Shown: one piece after another, positions 15,483 through 31,110 of the stretch
Numbering within the stretch: position 1 is the stretch's first letter
How the letters are laid out: every line of letters starts with the position of its first letter
Source of the DNA: the human T2T-CHM13v2.0 reference genome, Homo sapiens
DNA: 64,000 nt
Reading direction: 5' to 3' (one strand)
Assembly: GCF_009914755.1 (NCBI RefSeq)
Contig: NC_060926.1
Notes under the pieces: model-generated
Database searches by the model: none
What the model saw: only the letters and a program-made list of their open reading frames with translations
Told to the model about the DNA's origin: nothing
Made by a program: the position numbers and the translations under genes

Positions 15483-17709
15483 TAATATGGTTTGGCTCTG
15501 CGTTCCCATCCAAATCTCATCTTGAATCAATAATCCCCACGTGTCAAGGGCGGGACCAGGTGGAAATATGGTTGACTCACGGGGGTAATTTCCGCCATGC
15601 TGTTCTTGTGATAGTGAGTTCTCACAAGATCTGATGGTTTTATAAGGGGCTTCCTCCTTCGCTGGGCACTCACTCTATCCTGCTGTCCTGTGAAAAGGTG
15701 CTTTCTGTGATGACTAAGTTTCGTGAGGCCTCCCCAGCAGTGTAGAACTGTGAGTCAATTAAAACTCTTTTCTTTATAAATTACCCAGTCTTGGGTATTT
15801 CTTCATAGCAGTGTGAGAATTGACTAATATAGCAAATTGGTACCAGAGAGTGGGGTGCTGCTGTAAAGATGCTCAAAAACATGGAAGCCACTTTGAAACT
15901 GGGTAATAGGCAGAGATTGAAACAGTTTGGAGGACTCAGAAGAAGACAGGAAAAGGTAGGAAAGTTTGGAACACCCTAGAGACTTGTTGAATGGCTTTGA
16001 CCAAAATGCTGACAGTGATATAGACAATGAAGTCAAGGCTGAGGTGGTCTCAGATAGAGATGAGGAACTTGTTAGAAACTAGAGTAAAGGCCACTGTTGC
16101 TATGCAAAGAGACTGGCGACATTTTTGCCCCTGCCCTAGAAATCTGTGGAGGTTTGAACTTCAGAGAGATGATTTAGGATACCTGTCAAAGAAGTTTCTA
16201 ACTGGCAAAGTGTTCAATAGGAAACAGAGCATAAAAGTTTGGAAAATTTTCAACCTGATGTTGTGATTGAAAAAAAAAAAATTCTGAGGAGAAATTCAAG
16301 CCTGCTGCAGAAATTTGCATAAGTAATAAGGAACCAAATGCTAATGACCAAGACAATGGGTAAAATGTCTCCAGAGCACGGCAGAGACCTTTATAGCAGC
16401 CCCTCCCATCACAGACCTGGAGGCCTAGGAGGGAAAAATAGTTTCTGGGTCAGGACCAGGCCTGCTGCTCTATGCAGCCTCAGAACATGGTGCACTGCAT
16501 CCTAGCTGCTTCAGCTCCATCCGTGGCTAAAAAGGGCCAACATACAGCTTAGGCCATTGCTTCAGAGGGTGCAAGCCCCAAGCCTTGGCAGCTTCCATGT
16601 GGTGTTGAGCCTGTGGGTGCACGGAAGTCAAGAATTGAGGTTTGGGAACCTCCACCTAGATTTCAGAGGATGTATAGAAACACCTGGATGTCCAGGCAGA
16701 CGTTGGCTGCAGATGTGAAGCCATCCTGAAGAACCTCTGCTAGGGCAGTGCAGAAAGGAAATGGGGGGTTGGAGTCCCCACTAGGACATTGCCTAGTGGA
16801 TCTGTGAGAAGAGGGCCAACATCCTCCTAGCCCCAGAATGGTAGATCCACTGACAGCTTGCACTGTATGCCTGGAAAGGCTGCAGACACTCAACACCAGC
16901 CCATGAAAGTAGCTGGGAGGGGGGCTGTACCTTGCAAAGCCACAGGGGTGGAGCTGCCTAAGGCTATGGGAGCCCACCTTTTGCCTCAGTGTAACCTGGA
17001 TGTGAGATATGGAATCAAAGAGGATCATTTTGGAACTTTTAAGATTTGCTGAATGCCTTGTTGGATTTCGGACTTACATGGGTCCTGTAGCCCATTTGTT
17101 TTGGCCAATTTCTCCCATTTGAAACAAGTGTATTTACCCAATGCCTGTACCTCCACTGTATCTAGGAAGAATCTAACTTGCTTTTGATTTTACAAGCTCA
17201 TAGGTGGAAGGCACTTGCCTTGTCTCAGATGAGATTTTGGACTTGGAATTTTGGGTTAATGCTGGAATGAGTTAAGACTTTGGGGAACTGTTGGAAGGGC
17301 ATGATTGTGTTTTGAAATGTGAGGGTATGAGATTTGTGAAGGGCCATGGACAGAATGATAGGGTTTGGCTCTGTGTCCCCATACAAATCTCACCTTGAAT
17401 CTTAATAATCCCCATGTTGCAAGGGCAGGACCACGTGGAGATAACTGAATCGTGGGGGTGGTTTCCACCATGTTGTTCTCATGATCATAATGAGTTCTCA
17501 CAAGATCTGATGGTTTTATAAGGGGCTTCCCTCTCTGCTCACCACTCACTCTGTCCTCCTGCCCTGTGAAGAGATGCCTTCCTCTATGATTGTTAAGTTT
17601 CCTGAGGCCTCCTCTGCAATGCAGAGCTGTGAGTAAATTAAACCTCTTTCTTCATAAATTACCTAGTTTTGGGTATTTCTTCATAGCAGTTTGAGAACTG
17701 AATGAAATA
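15483..17709 (+). mobile_element. Full-length THE1 (THE1D-like) MaLR element: 5' LTR 15483-15831, internal 15832-17355, 3' LTR 17356-17709
   Basis: Two homologous ~350-bp LTRs (..atggtttggctctg..cc.a.ccaaatctca), THE1-int motifs (aaattggtaccagagagtggggtgctgctgtaaagat), 5-bp TSD AATGG at 15478-15482 and 17710-17714. Confidence 0.95.
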
Positions 17710-17902
17710 AATGGCTACACTTGCTACTTCTGGCCTTGTGGTTTGGCTCCTCCAGCCCTAAAAGGAATTTATCCAGCCTCAGCTGGAGATAACCATGCTA
17801 GAGATTTTCCCTGCTGAAGAGCATGGACATTCCTCCAAGAACTCACTCTAGAGTAGCCTTTTGCTTATTATAATAGTAAAAAAAAAAATCCCTGAGTGGA
17901 GG

Positions 17903-18215
17903 TTTTTTTGTTTTTGTTTTTTGTTTTTGACAGAATTTTGCTCTTGTTGCCCAGGCTGGAGTACAGTGGCACAATCTCGACTCACTACAATGTCCACCTC
18001 CCCTCCCGGGTTCAAATGATTCTCCTGACTCAGCCTCCTGAGTAGCTGGGATTACAGGCACGCACCACCACGCCCAGCTAATTTTTTGTAATTTTAGTAG
18101 AGACGGGGTTTCATCATGTTGTCCAGGCTGGTCTCAAACTCCCAACCTCAGGTGATTCACCCACCTAGGCCTCTCAAAGTACAGGGATTATAGGCATGAG
18201 CCACTGTGCCTGGCC
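17903..18215 (-). mobile_element. AluSq/Sp-like
   Basis: T/G-rich tail, diagnostic ttttgctcttgttgcccagg, ends gtgcctggcc. Confidence 0.95.
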
Positions 18216-18689
18216 AGGTTGAGCTTTTAAATGCTAATAAGACATGCAACATGTGTACTACTAGCATTTACAACCATGGAGCATGTGTGTTCAAAGGGAA
18301 CTCAAACATGTTTGCAAATAACATCCCCTCATGCCCCTTCAAAACTAATGATGTAAGATTCTCATAAAGAGAGTCCCCTAGCACTAGCTGCTGCTGGCTC
18401 ATTCTTTCAAGCAGATTCTGTCCCATCTCTCAGAGTGTACTGTCTCTTTAAATAAACACTACTGCTACTATTTTTGCAAACTGAACCAGCCTGGAGCTGT
18501 TTTTTACTTCACTCTAGGAACGTACTTTATCTTCCTTCAACAAAACCTGCTACTTAACTCTTGTTGCATCTCTTGGTTGAATTTTTTCTTCCAAGTTAGA
18601 TAAGACCTGAGGATTCCCACAGTTCCTGGTAACAATATCACAAGGAAATAGTTAAAATGCAGACTATACATCTCTTTTCCTTTTTCTTC

Positions 18690-18825
18690 ATTTAATAGTT
18701 AGGTATTTGAGCAAACTTATTCTCTGTAATCCACAGTTTCCTCATCTCCAAAATCATATTAATGATAGCACTTGCCTTATATGAAAGCCCTTAGTCTGAT
18801 ACTTAGTACAGTATAGCAACTTAAT
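18690..18825 (+). mobile_element. MIR fragment (may continue after the THE1 LTR at ~19200-19320)
   Basis: ttgagcaaacttattctctgtaatccacagtttcctcatctccaaaat core. Confidence 0.65.
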
Positions 18826-18830
18826 CCAAT

Positions 18831-19193
18831 TAATATAGATTGGCTGTGTCCCCACCCAAATCTCATCTTGGATTGTAGCTCCAATAATCCTCATGTGTCA
18901 TGGGAGGGACCCAATAGGAGGTAACTGAATCATGAGGGCAAGTTTTCCCATGCTTTTCTCGTGATAGTGAATATATCTCATGAGATCTGATGATTTTATG
19001 AAGGGAAATTCCCCTGCACATGCTCTCTTGCCTGCTGCCATGTAAGACATAACTTTGCTCCTCCTTCACCTTCTGCCATGATTGTGAGGCCACTCCAGCC
19101 ATGTGGAACTGTGAGTCCATTAAATCTCTTCGTCTTTATAAATTACCCAGTCTCAGGTATTTCTTCATAGCAGTAAGAAAATGGGCTAATACA
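18831..19193 (+). mobile_element. THE1 (THE1B/C-like) solo LTR
   Basis: taatatagattggctgtgtccccacccaaatctcatcttg...ctaataca; perfect 5-bp TSD CCAAT (18826-18830, 19194-19198). Confidence 0.95.
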
Positions 19194-19364
19194 CCAATCC
19201 TTCCTTCCTTCAACAGGAATTTTGATACCTTCACATAAGATTACCACACAGGATAAAATTGTATAATATAGGGGATAGCATTTGTAAACTCTAAATTAGT
19301 ACATACTCTTTAGAAATTATGATTATTTAGAATGCTTAAAACTTCCAGTGTTTACTTGAGAAAA

Positions 19365-19613
19365 GTTAATATTTATTGATTCTTCAGCATGTGCCAAAGG
19401 CTTTTGAATACTTTGCATGCTTTATCTCATTTAAACCCCTAACAACCTATTGGGATAGATGTTATTAGTTATCTTTTACAGAAGAGGAAACTGTGGCTCA
19501 AATGTTGTTTAACTTGCTCAAGGTCATGTATCTAGTAAGCAGTTAAGTCACTGTTAAAATTCAGGCACTATGACTGCAGAGTCTGTCTTCCTAACAAATG
19601 TGCCATGCTACCT
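19365..19613 (-). mobile_element. MIR (near full length)
   Basis: atatttattga...tgtgcca...atctcatttaa...ttttacagaagaggaaactgtggctca...aacttgctcaaggtca. Confidence 0.85.
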
Positions 19614-19832
19614 AAAGAATCATGGCATTTCCTGTCATTAACTGCTATGATAATGGGCACTTTTGTTATTCCAATAAGCTTAGGCAATAAATATACTGAG
19701 CGTCACATAGGCAAGGCAATATTTAATAAGATCAATGAAATTGTTATGTAATAAATCAGAATGAAAATTTATATTTCATTATATATACTAGAAAGGCATA
19801 TGTAATTGAAACTTGATTAGCTATAATATATA

Positions 19833-20381
19833 CAGTGAGTCTTAACATCATCAACAGGTTTTGGACACTGTGACATTAAGTGAAAAAAGATTTAACAGAA
19901 CCAATTTTATCATAAGCTACTCAATATAAACAACAGTCAAATTCCTACATCATATTTCTGGTCACAAATCATTGCCAAACTTTAAACTAGGGCTCAAAAC
20001 ATCTGTAGTATCAAACATTTAAATAAATGTGAGCTATACATACGTTTAAGAAAGATTACCAAGCACAAGTAAGATTACTGTTCACATGCTTATTTCAGTT
20101 CAGAATTGCAGCTCAGTGTGCAAGGTAGAAATCAGCTGTGGACAGGATGCCTTCCCATTACAGGGTTTACACATGCACACCAACACTCATGCAAACTGGG
20201 AACATTAGACACATGAATGAACCTAACGTGCACATCTTTGGGATGTGAGAGGAAATCAGAGTACCTGGATGAAACTCATGCAGACATGGGAAGAACATGC
20301 AAACTCCACACACTTCCAGCTCCAAACAGAAGAGATTATATCCAAAGGGCATTGAACAAAATGATGTTATTCAACTTGCTG
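19833..20381. mobile_element. Tigger3 (MER7/Golem)-derived DNA transposon
   Basis: TA|CAG...CTG|TA ends; motifs cttaacatcatcaacaggtt, tttctggtcacaaa, ctttgggatgtgagaggaaatcagagtacctgga, aaactccacaca. Confidence 0.85.
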
Positions 20382-21019
20382 TAATAGCTTTAATGAAGAT
20401 TCTCATTTCATATTATTAAATAATATAAAATACTTAGCATTAGTAAAATACATCAAGTTGTGATAAAAAAGAGCAGGTAAACACAAATTTTAATACAAAT
20501 TACTTAGGTTAAATACATATATTTGTAAATTTTGTTCTGCTATTGGAAGTTTCACACTTTATTGAATTGGAAGAATTTATTTCACCTTAAACCATACTGA
20601 AACAAATATCCGGTGATTAATAAGTCAATAAACAAATAGCCATATTCTGCACATAAATAGAAACTGAACATTTGTACTTTAAAATGCAATTCTATCAAAT
20701 TGCTTCACTAATGTGAAATACAAAGGAAAATATGCAATTAAGTCATTTTTACAACTGTCATAAATTTTAATGAATAGTTTTCAAAGTACACTCCATTTTA
20801 TTTTAATGTTTAAAAGAATTTTATTTCTTCATTGTACACAGCATTCTTGCTTCAATAATTCTGTATTTTCCTTTTGAAAAAGCAAATTCTGTTACACTTT
20901 CATATTTGATTTCTGTTCATTCTATCTTATTTTTACAAATTAACCCCACATTCTTTCATAAACCTTAATTATGCTACTTCTGTAAAATCCTTTATAATAA
21001 TTTGAATCAAATCAGTATA

Positions 21020-25356
<4,337 letters not shown>

Positions 25357-25372
25357 ATTGTTTAAGTGAAGA

Positions 25373-25597
25373 ATCCTTATAATAATTCCTGTTCATGCGT
25401 AGCTGGTTTACATTATTATTATTACATTATTATTTTGGCAGGCAAACTTATAAAAGAGCATACATATACTGGGGATCATCATGTTTGTGTGGGTTAGTCA
25501 GTTTAAATTTTCAAGAAACACACATGATGAGATTATTTCAGTTAATGGGGAGTTATTTTAAGGAGAGACCAGATAATAAAGATAATAAAAAGAAAAC
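25373..25597 (+). repeat. Dispersed direct repeat, copy 1 (partner 29639-29845)
   Basis: Manual alignment: atccttataataattcctgttca...ggcaggcaaacttataaaa...ctggggatcatcatgtttgtgtgggtta...gttaatggggagttatttta...ccagataataaagata is present in both copies. Confidence 0.95.
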
Positions 25598-26091
25598 ATT
25601 CTAAACATTACAAGCCCTAGGAAGAAGTGGTGTCCTACTCTTCCACATGCAGGTTATGATTCAGAGAGTAGCTTTGATGACCCATTTACAGTTCTGAGAA
25701 TTGAGCCAAGATCCAATGCTTCTCCTTCTCTAGTCAATTCTTCATTCAATAATACAACAGTAAAAACAGTCTACTATTTACAGAATTTTAATGATTGTGG
25801 CTATAATGCAAAACCAGGTGCATTATACACAGCATTTTGTTCTATCAGAAAGAAACCATGGATAAAGGCGTATAAGTATGCCAGACATTTTCAATCTTGC
25901 TAGAAAAGGGTGTGAAAACAGAAGAAGTGATATAACGATTGTAGTAGTACTGTCTAATACTCTTCATCTAGGCTCTTACTTCTTCAACTGTCCCCTAAAT
26001 GCTAATGTGCACCAGGGTTCTCTACTTGGCTTGCTCACATTATTCACCCTATCTGCATGACTACAGAAATTACATAGCTTATATTACCATC

Positions 26092-26513
26092 TGATATGGT
26101 TTGTATCTGTGTCTCCACCCAAATCTCATGTTCATATGTAATTCCCAATGTTGGAGGTGGAGCATGGTGGGAGGTGATTGGATCATGAGGGTGATTTCTC
26201 AGGAATGGTTCAACACCATCCCCTTGGTACTGTTGGTCATGATGGTGAGTGAGCTCTCATGAGATGCTGTTGAAAAGTGTATGGTACCTCCCCCAAACTC
26301 TTTTGCTCATACTTTGGCCCTGTGATATGTGTGCTCCCCCTTGTCCTCTGCCATAATTGTATGTTAACTGAGGACTCTCCAGAAGATAAGCAGATACCAG
26401 CAATCATGCTTCCTGTACAGCCTGCAGAACTGTGAACCAATTAAACCTATTTTCTTTATAAACTACCCAGTCTCAGGTATTTCTTTATAGTAATGTGAGA
26501 ACGAACTAATAGA
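26092..26513 (+). mobile_element. MSTA-like MaLR solo LTR
   Basis: TGATATGGTTTG...cccaaatctcatgtt...gttggaggtgg...cttcctgtacagcctgcagaactgtga...ctaataga; TSD CCATC/CCAAC. Confidence 0.92.
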
Positions 26514-26876
26514 CCAACTCTGGCAATTCTGGCAATTCAGAAATATATATTATCAAATTAGACTTTGACAGAATTTTTGTACTATATATAAAACTTCTTA
26601 CTGAATATCTGTGCCTGGATATTTCAGCATGTTAATTTAACATATTTGGACTTGAACTAATTTTTTCTCAAACCAAATTCTTCCTCCTCTTATATCCTCA
26701 CTATTGATACAATCATCACAGCCTCAAATCTGAACAATGTCACAGACGTATTCTTCTCCTTCACTTGGGATTAATTCCTAAGTCCTATGAGTTTACTGTC
26801 TCTGGCTTTCCAGTCTCTCTGTACTATTGCTGTTGTCATAAGTGGGCCCTATTTCATCTCTTATTTAGATTATTGA

Positions 26877-27120
26877 GAGGCAATTAATATAGTTCTTAGG
26901 AACATGAGTTCTGTGGCTAGACAACTGGGTTTGATTTCCAGCTATACTATTTACTTATTCCGTAGCCTTCACGTCTCTGTTTCTTAGTTTCCTAGACTAT
27001 CAAAGACAAAGAATAATCATAGTACCTATCTCACAGGTTTACTCTGAGGAGTTAATGTGAATACATGTAAAGTGTTTAGAACATTGCCTTGACAGTTGAA
27101 TAATGGCTTCATTAATTTTC
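26877..27120 (+). mobile_element. MIR
   Basis: gaggca...tagttcttaggaacatgagttctgtggctagacaactgggtttgatttccagct...atagtacctatctcacaggttt...atacatgtaaagtgtttagaaca. Confidence 0.85.
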
Positions 27121-27789
27121 ATTTTGATTTTGCATTTCTCTTTTTGAATCCATCTCCAATCTGTCCAATTTTTCTTCCACACTGATGCACTAATTATTAA
27201 CCCAAAACCAAAATTTGGCCTTCCCAAAGCCCTTTAGTTGATCTTCATTACTTGTACAACAATATTCTAAGCCTATTGTATGGCATAAAATGCCCTTCAT
27301 GCTATGGCTCATGCCTGCGAATTCAGCATCAACTGTCAGTAACTGACACTTTAGTATAATAATATAACAAGGCTTTCCTATACATATCTTGCTGTGTCTT
27401 ACCATGTGCTTTTCTTTCCATGTGCTTCACTTTCTTCTCCCATCCCTCTGTCAAATTTCCTCTTAAGCTCTCTAATAAATCAGATTGATTTATGTGCTAT
27501 CCCTTCAACTATTCTTTATTCATTTCTTCCTTTGATTTTGTGTTCTCCCTTTCCTGAATGTGTATCTAAAAAAATTAAAAGGCTTATTTTAGGACTTCCT
27601 AGATTAACTGATGTTTTTAGTTATTCCTTGAATTATGGTTTTATATTAAGACAGGGATCTGTAAAACTAGGCAATTTCTGTTTTTATGTTCTCGTTGTGC
27701 TATAATCAGTAGGAAGTTATTGAGGGGTTTGGAACAGCAAAGATACTGTAGTAAAATGTATCCATCAGGAAAATATGAGATAGATTAGA

Positions 27790-28010
27790 GCAGAGATTCC
27801 CAAACTCAATTCAAGGTTCCCTTCATGTTTCAGTAATTTTTTATAGCCCTCTTAGGCCAAAAACTACCTAACGATTCTATTAAGTAGACAGAAAAGTAAT
27901 AGCCACAGAAGAGTAATAGCCATCAACAAATATCACCATGTTTCCCTTGAACATTTAAAATATCCCAAGGGGCATCTCAGTAAGTTCAATGTGGTGCCTC
28001 AATACAACTT
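27790..28010. mobile_element. hAT-Charlie-type DNA transposon fragment
   Basis: tagagCAGAGATTCCCAAACT terminal motif typical of Charlie/MER5-group ends; family uncertain. Confidence 0.4.
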
Positions 28011-28081
28011 GCTTATATTTCTTCACTACAAGACTAAAAGTATGTAAATAGGAAGACTTGCAACAGGAAGGTCATTTGGAA

Positions 28082-28284
28082 CAGGAACTGACAAATTATG
28101 ACCCATAGGCCCAATCTGATCTACTACCTGTTTTTGTAAACAAAGTTTTATTGAGACACATGTATTGTTTATGTACTGTTTTTAAGTTAGAACAGCACAG
28201 CTGAGTAGTTGAGACAGAGACCATATGGCAACCTGAAAATATTTTCTCTCTAACCCTTTACAGAAAAAAGTTTTCCGGCTCCCG
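28082..28284 (+). mobile_element. MER58A (hAT-Charlie MITE)
   Basis: cagg..ctgacaaattatgacccataggcccaatctg...tgtttttgtaaacaaagttttattg...ctttacagaaaaaagttt; 8-bp TSD attt(g/a)gaa at 28074-28081 and 28285-28292. Confidence 0.88.
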
Positions 28285-29569
28285 ATTTAGAAGGTTATTT
28301 CAATGTCAAACTGTGTTGTGGTAAAAGTATGAACCAAGGAGGCAGCCCTGGAAATGCAATGTTATTGTACTTAATTCACAAACATTTGAACATCTATGTT
28401 ATGCCAGACTCTTTGGGAAAGCAATAAGAGATTTGTTATAAAGTTTTAATCCCATAGATCAAAATTTGAAATCATAGAAATTCCGGTCTAATATTTTTTC
28501 TTAAGCTCTCTTATTAAAGCATCTCAGGAAATTATATTTCCACCAAGGGTCAATTCCTTAATAATCACAATCCTTTCTATAGTCGATTGGCAATTAAGAT
28601 AATTTTGAAATTTGTTCCTCTCATATATTAAAAGCCACAGCAAAGTTGATGTACTTACTGATATCTGCAAGAAAAAAGATTACACTCATCTTCACTGAGA
28701 TTAAACAGCAAGGTTAATTACCAATATAGTTTTAAGTAATGGACAATAGAAACCCAGTTCAAAATAGTCTAATGGAGCAGCCTGTCATGATATAATATTA
28801 ACTTAGGAGAAATTTTCTCTCTTTTCCATTAGGAAGTGTGCTTCTTTAACATATTCAGGCATAATTGAAATCATCCCTTTTCTATTTTAAAGATAACTTT
28901 AGAGATTGAAGATAACAGAATTAGCCCATAGAGCTGTCCTTAATTCTTACCCAATAAGTGAGTATCGTTTATCACTCATGGCCCATTCACCCTCACTTCA
29001 GGGTTTCAAAAGTGCTTTGCAAATAATGTATCCAAACTGACAGAAATAATCTTAAGGGTTTTTCCCATTATTTGTATAGGGCCAAGCTGATACCTGAGTA
29101 AAATATAAATATAAATTAATAGGCATGGTAGATTAAGTTTGAATGTGAACCAATCTACTTTATATCACAATATGCATGCGTGAGAGAAAGAGATTAGAGG
29201 CAGATAGAAAAATACTTCTATATGTACTTTGCTATGAAAGTAAATTGAATAATAAAATTTATAATTTTGGGCTATAAATCCAATTAAAATTATGTATTTT
29301 CAAAAACTCAACAATTTTAACTTATGAAATCAATGACTTTTGTAACAGCATTTGCAGTAAATTATTACTTAATAGGTTTATATAGAGTTTTTTATTGTGT
29401 GAAAGATTTTCATGGCTTGTTTATTGGTAGAATGTTTCTTTTAAAAAAGCTTAAAACCTTTTATTTTTCATAAACCAAACAGTAATTTCATTTCTAAAAC
29501 TTATCAATGGGTTTTGAAGTGATCTTTCTTGCCATTTTCTCATCTTTTCCATCTCTCCAAACACTGAGA

Positions 29570-29632
29570 TATTCTAAATAAATTGTACTTTATTCTAAAT
29601 AAATTGTACTTTATTCTAAATAAATTGTACCT
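29570..29632 (+). repeat. 21-bp tandem repeat x3 (tattctaaataaattgtactt)
   Basis: Units at 29570-29590, 29591-29611 and 29612-29632 (one mismatch in the third). Confidence 0.95.
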
Positions 29633-29638
29633 TTCAGT

Positions 29639-29845
29639 ATCCTTATAATAATTCCTGTTCACACATAGCTTGTTTACATTATGATTTTGGCAGGCAAACT
29701 TATAAAACAGAATACATATACTGGGGATCATCATGTTTGTGTGGGTTACTCAGTTTAAATTTTCAAGAAACATGCATGATGAGATTATTTCAGTTAATGG
29801 GGAGTTATTTTAGGAGACACCAGATAATAAAGATAAAAAGAACAC
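29639..29845 (+). repeat. Dispersed direct repeat, copy 2 (partner 25373-25597)
   Basis: Aligns end to end with 25373-25597; about 11 substitutions and 3 indels by manual count. Confidence 0.95.
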
Positions 29846-30772
29846 TTAGTACACTATCTCTTAGCTGAAGTTGTTTTTTCACCCACTAGCAGCCACTTTG
29901 TCATCTGCAGTGTCTTTTCAACATCCCTAAAGCCCTCTCAGCTCTGGCTGCCTTTCCACAAACAGTGGGGGAATTCCACTACTACCCTCTTTTCCTCCTT
30001 CACCAATGCCACTGCTTTTGACTAGTATCACAAAAAAAATATCAGTTGCACTAGTGATTAAACAAACCTGTTACTTCTCATAGCTTTGATTTCCCTAAAA
30101 TAGCTATAATGCAAATCATGTCCAGTTTCTTAGGAGCAATGAATCCAGCCATGACTGGGATTTTTTTAATGAGTCATCAATCCTACTTTATTGGTTCAAA
30201 AACCTGAAACTTTGTACATAGTGAAGAGTCTCCTATTTGCTTTTAAAGCAAAATTTATCTGTAGAGCATGGATGCCAGGAAATGCTTCTCTTCTCTTTTC
30301 TATCCTCTTTGAGTATAAAGCATATCTTGGGATACTGGATGCTGAATTAGCTGTATACTGGTTAAAAATCTTTAAGGGCATAACAAAAGTTGTATATATA
30401 AATGAAATTCTCAGATGAGGAGCAGCTGTTATTTATGTTTAAGTTGCTTTGGCACTTCAACTGTATATTTTTATCTCATTTAATTATAGCTTTGAAAATA
30501 AAACCATCATCAAATAAAAAAAAATCAGTTGCCTCTCTCTTTGCCAAAGATACTATAGGTTTCAGATATTATGCAGATTATTATTTTTTAACCCAGAATA
30601 CATTTCTAAGAAGATATTATAGTCCTTGCAGTTCAAGAAATCAGTAATTTATTACAACTGTTCACATGCTAGGACATTTTTTGAACATAACCTGAGTATC
30701 ATACTATTTTGTACTAATGGTGAATTATTTATTCAACATTATAACATACCTTTGCAACTAATGTTTCATTGT

Positions 30773-31110
30773 GGCTGGGTAAGGTGGTTCATGCCTGTAA
30801 TTCCAGCACTTCAGAAGGCCAAGGTGGCAATATTGCTTGAGGATCTTTGGAGACTAGCCTGGGCAATATATTGAGACCAATCTCTACAAAAAGGTTTTTG
30901 TTGTTGTTGTTGTTGTTGTTTTGTTTTTTTGTTTGTTTGTTTTTACTTAGCTGGGCATGGTGGTTTATGCCTATAGTCCTAACTACCGGGAGGCTGAGAT
31001 GGGAGAATCACTTGAGCCCAGGAGATCAAGGCTGCAGTGAACTATGATCATGCCACTGCACTCCAGCCTGGGTGAGCAAGACTTTGTCTCTAAAAAAAGA
31101 TAAAAGAAAA
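30773..31110 (+). mobile_element. AluJ with T-rich (TTG/TTTG)n microsatellite in the central linker
   Basis: J-type arms (cacttgagcccaggagatcaaggctgcagtgaactatgatcatgcc); linker 30895-30944 is T/G-rich. Confidence 0.92.

Larger units (their letters stand above)
15360..18634 (+). mobile_element. ERV1 solo LTR (MER50-like) split by a THE1 provirus and an Alu
   Basis: TGTTAGAGTGGGCAGATAGCCAG start, GGTAACA end, 4-bp TSD ATAT (15356-15359, 18635-18638); pieces at 15360-15482, 17710-17901 and 18216-18634. Confidence 0.75.
25985..27430 (+). mobile_element. Degraded L2 fragments interrupted by an MST LTR and a MIR
   Basis: cccctaaatgctaatgtgcaccagggttctctacttggc, ttcatctcttatttagattattg, ctccaatctgtcca...cttccacactgatgc are L2-type motifs. 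Confidence 0.6.

Noticed and set aside
15832-17355. ORFs of 64-121 aa within the THE1 internal region
   Set aside because: Broken remnants of the MaLR internal sequence; no intact reading frame.
29540-29734. ORF with repeated YNLFRIK, and a superficially CRISPR-like repeat
   Set aside because: Translation of the 21-bp tandem repeat; no spacers, no cas genes, eukaryotic DNA.
25373-29845. Idea that the two direct repeats are the LTRs of one 4.5-kb retroelement
   Set aside because: No TG...CA termini, PBS, PPT or TSD; the interior is far older L2/MIR/MER58/MST sequence.
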